Source: Macrostomum lignano (taxonomy: Eukaryota). Taken from it: a stretch of DNA of 28,325 nucleotides. The stretch covers positions 1 to 28,325 of the forward strand of contig NIVC01005028.1 in assembly GCA_002269645.1 (NCBI GenBank), written 5' to 3'. Below the pieces are notes generated by a model, which worked only from the letters and a program-made list of their open reading frames with translations, was not told where the DNA came from and did no database searches. Every line of letters begins with the position of its first letter. The first letter of the stretch is position 1. Positions 19,980-28,325 of this stretch are shown here, piece by piece. Position numbers and translations under genes: made by a program.

Positions 19980-21892
19980 AATACGAGTATAAGATAGTGA
20001 ACAACTACACCACGAACTCAAACTCAGGGCAGCGCCGTGGATGAGGGCGCCGGCCAAGGAACAATAATAAGTTTAATTTCCTTTTCCTATTTTTTAATGA
20101 GCCGCAAGCTTATTTGTTTCATGTACTCATAGTTACGTTAATTCTCTCTCATTCAACAGTTATCTGCTACCTTTGTGCCGGGCCGCATCCGGTCCGGCGT
20201 TGCCCGGCGCTGACTGCGCAGCGGCAGCAGCAGCATCATTAGCGGCAGCAGCAGAATCAGCACCAGTCGGTTCCGCAGCAGCAGCTGCAGCAACAAAGGG
20301 TCACTCTGGACGGCCAGCTGACCTTCGCCCAGCACGGAACCGAGGTGCGCCGTCGGATGGCCCAACGCCGCAGCGCCCCTCAGCGCCCTGGCCCACCGCA
20401 GCACCATTCGGGCCTGCGCTGACTACGGCGGTGCCGTATGGATCAACGGTGCCTCCCCGAGCACCCGGCGCAGCATTGAGAGCCAACAGGCGATCTGTGC
20501 GCGGCTCATCACCGGCTGCTGCAGCACGACGCCCAACCACTTGTCTCTCCGTCTCGCCGACCCCCCACCGATCAGCACCGTCGCCATCAAGCACGCCGTT
20601 AACCTGTTCGAGCGGATCGCCAGGCTCCCGCACGATTGCCCAGCGTACCTCACCGCCATGCGTGCTATTCGCCCACGCCTCAAGTGCCGGAGTTTCGAGG
20701 ACGACGCCGCCGTTGCTGGAGCAATCGACGACACTCGCTTCGAACTTGATCGGTCACGCCCTTTCGCGGATGTTGGCGTCACGCCGCGCAAGGGCTTCCG
20801 ATCTGCGCCACCACGCTGCATACCTCCGACCGCGAGCGCAGCCCCCGCCTCGCTCCCTGGCTTGACTACAGCGAGGGACACGTCGGTTTCGACCTCCAGG
20901 CTTGCAGTGTTCGCAGAGACGCCCCCGCCACTCTCCGGGCCGCAGCCGCAGCTGCGGGCATCGCGCGCGCCGAAGAGTTTCACGCCATTGCCTGGACCGA
21001 CGGCTCCGCCGAAAGCGGCACGGCCAACGGCGGCGGCGCAGCCGTCATCACCTTCAGCGATAACTCCACCTCTACCATCCGCGTCGCGGCCGGCCGCCTG
21101 TGCAGCAGCTTCCAGGCCGAGCTTGCCGCGATCCACGCCACCCTGGCCCACTGCATCCGCGAGCGCCCAGCCCCTCCTCCCAGCATAGCGGTCCTGACCG
21201 ACAGCCTCAGTGCTCTGACCGCTCTGGAGCAGGGACCCGCCGGCCAGACGAACGCCACCGTTGCGGCCTGCTGGCAGACCATCACCGAGTCCGCCGGGCG
21301 CTCCGACTTTCTGTTCTGCTGGGTCCCGGGCCACGCTGACATTGCCAGCAATACCGCTGCTGACCGCGCCGCCGCCGAGGCTGCCGGGCTGCCCCAGGTC
21401 GACGTGCCTATTAGCCTTGCGTCAGCCCGTGCGGCCATCCGCCGCGACCGCCGCGCCTTGGATGCCCGCATTCTGGGCTCTCCCCTCCGGCCCATGCATT
21501 CCCGTAACCGCCGCGAGCACGTCGCCATAAATCAGCTCAGAGCTGGCGTCAGCCCCCTGTGCGGGGCCTCCCGCCTCCGCCTCGGCATCAACGAACGAAG
21601 ACGCCTCCTGCCCTGACTGCGGCGCGCTCGACACGGTCGACCACGTCCTTCGCCGCTGCCCCCGGGGCGACTCTCTGCGCCTCCGGCTGTTCGGCGGCGG
21701 CGACCGGCTGGACGGGCCCGCCGGTAGAATTCTCGCCTTGCTCCGTGGGATGGGGCGCTGGCCCCCGCCCGTTTTAGCGCCGCAGCGCTAAGGGCGCGCT
21801 GGCAGAAGAAGAAGAAAAAGCAGCCGGCTCCGCAGCAGCAGCAGCCTGTCCAGCCGGTTCAGGATGACGACGAAATGCTTCTAGACGTCTGA
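19980..21892 (+). pseudogene. Second copy of the zinc-knuckle/polyQ microprotein gene, pseudogenised and split by a LINE
   Basis: Exon 1 ..YKIVNNYTTNSNSGQRRG*GRRPRNN with donor mutated to A|ATAAGT (20067); acceptor CAACAG|TT (20159); exon 2 ICYLCAGPHPVRRCPALTAQRQQQHH*RQQQNQ..QQQ. After the LINE: QPAPQQQQPVQPVQDDDEMLLDV* (21821-21892). AATAAA at 22005. Start codon not identified. Confidence 0.65.
20298..21816 (+). mobile_element. 5'-truncated non-LTR retrotransposon (I-group/Ingi-like): RT thumb, RNase H, CCHC motif and (GAA)4 tail
   Basis: VTLDGQLTFAQH, IRACADYGGAVW, ARLITGCCSTTP; RNase H WTDGSA..SSFQAELAAI..VLTDSLSAL..WVPGHADIASNTAADRAA; CPDCGALDTVDHVLRRCP; GAAGAAGAAGAA at 21805-21816. Several frameshifts. 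Confidence 0.9.
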
Positions 21893-23372
21893 ACTTTTGA
21901 TCTTTCGAACTTTGAACTTTGTTTGAACTTTGAAATCATGAGCTTAAATTTAAAGTATATTATCATTCGCACTATTATTTGTGAGTGCACTTTCTTGGAA
22001 GTGGAATAAAGAACTTCATAGTTAATATCCTTTTCAACTCCGAAAAAAAATCAGCACATTCTATTTCTATTAGAATATCCTAATTAATTTTCAAAAGTTT
22101 TCTCCTCGCAAGGAACCAAACAGAATATGTAAGTTAGGGAGATGCTTCTGCAGAAATTGCCACCAGCAAGACAGAAACCCTGCACAGTTTGATCCAATGG
22201 ATCTATTCAGGTGTCAGTCTTCCTGCTTGCTGGCTTCAACTCCGCATGGGAGACATTTATTGGGGCTAATCAGTGCACTCAGCATACTCAGCTGGGGAAC
22301 TGCTGTTCAGGGAACAATTAAGCGTCACAAGGAGCCTTCAGCTCTGCTGAGGCTACTTCAGACCATGGCTGCATAGTCTCTTCTGGTTGAGGCAGAAGAA
22401 AGTATGAATCATGAAAGTAGCGAACATGTAATTTTCAGCTGCTTCTTCAGGGCCAACACTATACAACCAACCTGCTCTCACTACAGTGGCACAAAAATTG
22501 GCAGTCCTACACTTTCGTTCGGTAAATTATTTTGACTTCAAATCTGTGCTCAGTGAACAATTTTAAGAATTTCAAACGTGAGTCTATATCTCGGTTTAAA
22601 AGCGTATGGGGCTGACATGGTCTAAGCCTGAGGTGTGAGCCCAAGAGAAGATATGAATTTGACATGATATTGTACCACGACCTTTTTGCCCAGCAGACCA
22701 ATAATTGTTCCCAGCATTGCCATAGACTTCATTAAGGCCCGCTGATGTTCCATTAACGCCCTTGAAGCATGGGTATTAGTATACTATTAGTCTGTGGTCT
22801 ACAGCAAAGGTGGGACAGGTGGGCTTATAGCTGCGAAACGGAGAATATCTCTGAGATAAAACATAGAATGGCTGGTTGCCCTACAGCACCATCTGCTATC
22901 GTTCCTGCCAATTAAGTTTGACCCACTGCTGAACTGTTTTAGCTTAACAGTTTACAGCTGAATTGCTTCAGTTTATAGTTTAGTTTGTTCGCTGAGCACA
23001 AAATTGATTATTTGAAGTAGAAAATATTTATTTTAATCAAGCCACTACTTGCAAGTGTAGCAACAATGTGTTCAGCTCTTATTAGCCTTAAGGAATACAG
23101 CTGCTGTTTGTGCCTGAATTTAACTATAGAGCGCATTATTACTTTTTTATCTTAATATATTCATACTAAAGCTGCTTGTTTATATCTGCTTTAGCTATTG
23201 GCTGGCAATAATCGGTCTAAAACTGTTCAAACTATGGTGCTTTCCAAGTTTTCAATGCTTTTAGTGCCACAGTAGTATGATTTAAACTGATATGCCTTCC
23301 GTGGGCCCTTGGTGTTGAACACCATTTACATATCAGTTGGCTGTACTTGTGACGGCTTTGGCATTCCCAGAT

Positions 23373-23860
23373 TCAGTCAGTCAGCACCTCAGGGTACACG
23401 AAATTCTTTGTTCTCTCACCGAAGATTCGGACGCGCACGCTGTACGCTCTTGGCCCGAGAAAGCGCCGTACAGCTGGCCGTGAGCAAAGCAGCCGACAGC
23501 CAGGTCGATGCCCACGGTGTCGAGCGACTGGCCCTGCGACTTGTGAATCGTCAGGCAGAACTCGGCTTGACTAGGAACTGCAGCCGCTTGAAGCAGACTG
23601 GCAGGTCAGCATTGTTGGGCTCAAGCGGAATCCTCGGCAGCAGGATCTCATCTCCAGTGAACTGGCCGGCAGCGAATTTGCAGTCTGTCCTCCTGGCAGC
23701 AGAGTGGCTGCGTTTCCAGACGACGCAACAGCCAGGGCGATTTCCCCTCGACTCCGCACAAACGCCGACAGGAGCGTCAAGGGAATGTAGGCCGCCCGAG
23801 CCAACGACAAGATCCGCAGTCACAGCCTCGTAGATGGCCATCTGTTCGGCCGTCAGCATT
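23373..23860 (-). mobile_element. Helitron helicase remnant B (N-terminal stub fused by deletion to the C-terminal motifs)
   Basis: LTAEQMAIYEAV..GGLHSLDAP, then ILLPRIPL..FKRLQFLVK, (M)TIHKSQGQSLDTVGIDL..CFAHGQLYGAFS, RTKNFVYPEVLTD* (stop 23373-23375): canonical Helitron helicase C-terminus with frameshifts. Confidence 0.92.
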
Positions 23861-24780
23861 GGCAGTCCCACCCGATGAAAACGTGACTGTGGTCTAGAAT
23901 CGTAAATAAAGCGTTTGCATCGTATTTGAATCGCTTTTGAAGCGTTTTGGAGTTGCACTGGGGGATAGGAGGGTACTGTGTGATTCAAAACCGACGAGAT
24001 GTCACGGTACACGTAAAAGACGCGCGTTTCTGAATAACTTTGTTTCTGAATAACTTTGAAGCGTTTTGTGGAAACGCGTCAAAAACGATTCAGGTGACGC
24101 GTTTTAGCGGCGTTACTGAATCGCTTTGACTCGCACTTAAATCGTTTGAATAGAGCTATCGCTGAAGCGTATCTGACGCGTTGTTGACGCGCTTTTGACT
24201 CGGAGTTGTAATTTGAGAAGTTTTTAATATTTGAAGCATTTCCGATTCTCTTCTGCTTCTCGTAGTCCTTATAGTACCATATTTTGTAGAAAGGAATCGC
24301 TACAAGAACTGTAGCAGAGCACTCAGTGCAGTTCGAATAATAAAAAAAAATTGTAACTCAATTTAACTACTAAATTTATTTAGGGTGATATGCACTTTAT
24401 TTAATTATTATTCCAGATTTATTTGATTGTAGTACATATCAATTTGAACACAATAAGATGCTCCTGAGTCTAAAATAATATTAATTATATTAAAATTACT
24501 AGGGCACAATCTTGGCGGCAGTTAATTTACTAAGTCTAATGTTTAAATTCGGTTTGGATTAGCTCTACGTGTATATGGCATATAGGGAAAATATTGTATT
24601 ATCGGATAGCACTGGACTCAAAACACCCGCACTTAAAACCGCGCCAAAAATGACCCACTTAACCTCTAATACTATCTGCAAAAAGGTAACCAAAATAATA
24701 GAGGAGTATATAAATTATAGACAATAATTTTCCTAGAACTAAACATAAAAGCGTTTTTCGCCTAACCCTATATTTTATTA

Positions 24781-25020
24781 CAAAAACTTGACAAACGTAA
24801 CAAAAAAAACTTTGACAAAAGTAGCCAAAAAACTTGACAAAAGTAACCAAAAAATTTGACAAAAGTAACAAAACACTTGACAAAAGTAGCCAAAAAACTT
24901 GACAAAAGTAAGAAAAGACTTGACAAAAGTAACCAAAAAATTTGACAAAAGTAACAAAAGACTTGACAAAAGTAACCAAAAAACTTGACAAAAGTAACAA
25001 AAGACTCGACAAAAGTAACA
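24781..25020. repeat. 21/22-bp tandem repeat (CAAAAAACTTGACAAAAGTAA[C]), about 11 units
   Basis: Direct reading; largely alternating 21- and 22-bp units. Confidence 0.95.
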
Positions 25021-25303
25021 AAAATATAACAAATAGCATAAAAGGCTTAACAAAATGCCCATGCCCATTAGCTCTATGAGGCGTGAATGTTTTCGCTGTT
25101 GTGTGGTTGTTAGGGTGGAGGTATTCATCTGCAAATAATCGCGATGTACATGTGTCGATGTACACTGATGTACATTGCAAATATATAAATCGTTGCACGT
25201 GGTTTTAGCCTTTAGCTACTTCATGTGTTTTTGGTCTTGCTTAACTTATAAGTTAACTTAGCTCGTATAACTTCTTGCCTTCTAATGCTCTCAGTTTACA
25301 GTT

Positions 25304-27202
25304 TTAATCAGCAGTCACCTCGTCGGACTTTTTTGCACGGCGCCTCTGCTCACTGCGCAAGCGTCGGAACACTAGCTGAATTTCCGCAGACGTCACTGCA
25401 GCTCCTGTGACTCGCACCAGGTATGACTGCACAACGTCCAGGAAACTAGATGGCACCAGTTCGCGGGTGCCCTGGTTGCGAGTCGGACCGGTCAAAGATT
25501 TTGTCGCGATGTCCTCTTCTGAGAAAACCGCGCGCAGTAGAGCCCGCACAAGCAGAAGCTGCGTGTGGCTGGACCGCATCCGCTTGTTTTCTTCAGTTGC
25601 GGACACTACCTCCGAGTAGCTTCTTGCCTTGACCTACAAGTGGAAGCAAGGATTTGGACAAGTCTACTGTGTGTTGGAAGTAATCGTCAAATGTTCATCA
25701 CCGTGATAATCATCAGAAAGAAATATACCTTGTATGGGTGCCCTGGAATCAGGGAGACCATATCTGGCATATCGGTCACGGCACCGGTGCCGCTGGTGTC
25801 GGCATCAGCAGTGGCGGCAACATCGGCAACGGGCAGCGGGAATGCAGTAGCGGCAACTGACACAGTGGCCGCAGCTGTATGTGGCGCGTCCAATGGAATG
25901 CCCATCAGCTCAGCTAGCATTCCAGACGCAAAATCGCCCGTGTCTGTGACTGGCTGTGCTGCTGGTGCATTGCTGCTGGCTGCGTCTTTAATGGCATCAG
26001 CAAAATGGGCGATGCGGAGAAATTGCGCCCTGAATGCGGCCTTTGAAGAGGAACTGTCATGCTGTACCTTAGTAATAGAAGGAGTAAAGAATTGACTGTA
26101 CAACCTTGAAATTTCTACAATAGCATGCGCGAATATAAATTTGGGCCCCGTGTTGCCAACCTGGACCAACTCCGCTTGTAGCTTGTCCAGCTCCTTCTCC
26201 AGGCCTGAAATACGGAGGCGCATTGCAGTGCTCTCCTGCTGCAGCCTGGCGTTGACTAGGTCCTTCGCGGCGCAATCCTCCTTGAGCTGCTGATGCTCAA
26301 TTTGTAAACATTTCATTGTGTGCCGCACACTCTGCAGCTCCGCGTCGCGCACATGGCACTGCGTGCAATCAAGTGACACTGAAAATTCGGGATTTTGGCA
26401 GACTTCGGAACAATTTTTGGCGAACTCGTGATTACCGTTTAGGTGCTGGCCCCATAAAAGGACAGTCCTGTGCACATTGCTTCTGGTTCGGCTTCTTAGC
26501 CCATTGCAGCAAAACGTGATACCGCTAGTGAAACCCTCTTCGTCAATGCATCTGAGCAATCAATTGAGACGCACCTGTCTCGACTGAAGTGGCTTGCATG
26601 GAAGCAGTAGCTGTGGCGGCAGCCTGCCTATTAGGAGCAGCGGCGACAGCGGCAGCCTCCTTACCAGCAGCGGCGACAGCGGCAGCATGCTTAGCAGCGG
26701 CAGCCTGCTTACCAGCAGGGGTGGCGGAGGTGGAGGCGATGGGCTTCGGGACGGTGGATGCAGCAGCAGCTTGGGGGTCCAGATGTAGTACAGGTGACCC
26801 TGTCTGAAAGTCTGTGAGGTAGAATGGCTCAACCTCAGTATGTAAGAGGCTCGGCTTTTGTGACTATGCGTCAATGAACCTGAGCAGTCAATTGACACGC
26901 ACCTGTCCAGACTGGAATGGCTTGCATGGAAGCAGCGGTGTGACGCTCGGGATGGAGGTGGCCGGCTCCACGGCTGTCTGATATAGTGGCTCCTCAACAG
27001 TGGCTGGCTCAGCAGTTTGGGCACTTGCTGATGCAGTTGCGGAGCCAATCGAACCACGTCTTGGCAGCTTTGACGGTGGTTTCAGGCGTGACACACTGTG
27101 TGGCAGGTTCTTAGGTCGGCGACCCCGCGCTTTGAGGTGCACCGCCTCGGAACAGCCGTCAATTATGCGACTAGGACTGTGCATGTTCCTACGCTTTGGC
27201 AT
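25304..27202 (-). CDS. Apparently intact 5-exon gene (about 471 aa): basic N-terminus, Ala-rich region, CxxC plus coiled coil, C-terminal BEN domain; exons 27202-26903, 26803-26575, 26378-26161, 26067-25729, 25633-25304
   Basis: GT-AG introns with compatible phases (0, 1, 0, 0) give 1416 nt without internal stops. The C-terminus LLVRALLRAVFSEEDIATKSLTG..RELVPSSFLDVVQSYL..SAEIQLVFRRLRSEQRRRAKK fits the BEN pattern. The 93-bp intron 26160-26068 is stop-free and least certain. Confidence 0.72.
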
Positions 27203-27419
27203 GCTTCTGTAGGTGTGATAGGAGGGACGTACCTGACATTCATATAGGTGTGCGGATTGACGTTAATACAGAACAGAATGCGAAAGAAGCAACAAAGTAA
27301 ATTTCTCGAACCATGCAGCGCATGCAATTAATGCGCTGTGTGGATAACGCCTCATCCAGGCGTCCGACAGCCCCAGGATGGCTGTAAAGCCAGTGCCTCC
27401 CCCGAAAAATTCCGCCATC

Positions 27420-28325
27420 CCCCATGAGCCTTCATATCTCAACAATTCCCATAGTAGGCCTTAACAACTCAGAAATTCCCTCAGTAAGCATCGACATTGC
27501 AGCAATTAAACTCGAGCCTTGACAGCTGCGCAATTCTTCCCGCCCAGTAAGCCTTGATATCTCAGCGATTCCCCCAGTAAGCTTTGGCATCTCAGCAATT
27601 CACCCAGTAGGCCTTGGCATCTCAGATATTCCCCCAGTAAGCCTTGACATCTCATCATAAGCCTCATAAGCCTCATTAGCCTTGAAATCTATCTTTCGCC
27701 GAAAGCTTTGACCTGTCAGCAATTCCCGAAGAGCTATGTCTGACAAGACGATTGTTCTATAATTGAACCCAAACCCTAACCATAACCCTAACCTGAAGAC
27801 GAGTCACAGCATTTCAGCAACTCCCTCTCAGCCTAAGAATTTCAGCAATTCGACCATGATTTTGAAATCTAAAAATTTTCCCAATGAGCCTTAAAATTTA
27901 GCGACCAACCTATCTTGGCAATTCCACATGAGTCATGGTTGAAAACTAACCCTAAGCCTGCCAAGTCACAGCGTTTCAGTAAGTCCCACCATGAACCGTA
28001 GTATTTCAACAATTACCCTTGACAATTCTTGAATTTCAGCTATTCCCAATGAGTCTTTGACATCTCAGCCAGTCTCATGTGAACCTTAGCATCTCAGCAA
28101 TACCCAAATAGCCCACAGTCTACAGCATTACAGGGATCCCCGTGAGCGTTGAAATTCCAGTGATTCCATAATGAGCATTGATATCTCAGAAATATCTCAG
28201 AAACTCCTAATTGAGCCACAAAATTTAGGCAATATCCCAAGTCTTGCAAACACAGCAGTTGCCCGAGCACAGTATAATCCAGATACCCCCCATGAGCTTT
28301 GGTATTCCCAATGAAGTCTTTAATG
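27420..28325. repeat. Degenerate 30-bp tandem repeat (CTCAGCAATTCCCCCAGTAAGCCTTGACAT consensus) running to the window end
   Basis: Four clear units at about 27541-27656 with more diverged units on both sides; interspersed AACCCTAAC motifs. Confidence 0.8.

Noticed and set aside
20173-21777. Numerous long GC-rich ORFs on both strands as independent genes
   Set aside because: Shadow frames of the GC-rich LINE coding sequence; the conserved motifs follow one frameshifted plus-strand path.
22130-22770. Coding-like segment between the LINE and Helitron B
   Set aside because: No motif recognised in any frame and several stops; left unannotated.
24659-25198. ORFs 24659..25198 and 24778..25134
   Set aside because: Translations of the 21/22-bp tandem repeat; no domain signal.
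25565-26095. Plus-strand Ala-rich ORF (and similar ORFs at 26589-26807)
   Set aside because: Antisense shadows of the BEN gene's low-complexity exons.
1-28325. Prokaryotic or phage system, rRNA or tRNA genes
   Set aside because: No operon-like gene density, tRNA A/B boxes or rRNA signatures; spliceosomal introns and eukaryotic TE classes occur throughout.

Overview
Eukaryotic (metazoan, probably invertebrate; species not determinable from sequence) region of nested, mostly decayed transposable elements, with several spliced genes that the six-frame ORF track cannot show. In order: a LINE AP-endonuclease fragment preceded by a 2A-like motif; a Ty3/Gypsy integrase remnant split by a complete 1.09-kb miniature LTR element (TRIM: LTRs, PBS, PPT, 4-bp TSD); two CACTA/CMC transposase copies, the larger paired head-to-head with a 4-exon DUF4806/BEN-like gene; and hAT-like termini. 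Next come two Helitron remnants with an apparent head-to-tail junction at 18155/18156, a mariner remnant, a Helitron-linked RPA70-like OB-fold gene, a Penelope element with a minimal hammerhead ribozyme, and an RNase H-bearing LINE. An apparently intact 5-exon coiled-coil/BEN-domain gene and three minisatellite arrays complete the window. The most novel candidate is a two-exon, 81-aa basic/CCHC zinc-knuckle/polyQ microprotein gene. It occurs twice (one intact, one pseudogenised and LINE-disrupted), and each copy lies within an inferred Helitron span, suggesting an unrecognised Helitron cargo family. All protein assignments come from manual translation and motif recognition; no database searches were run.
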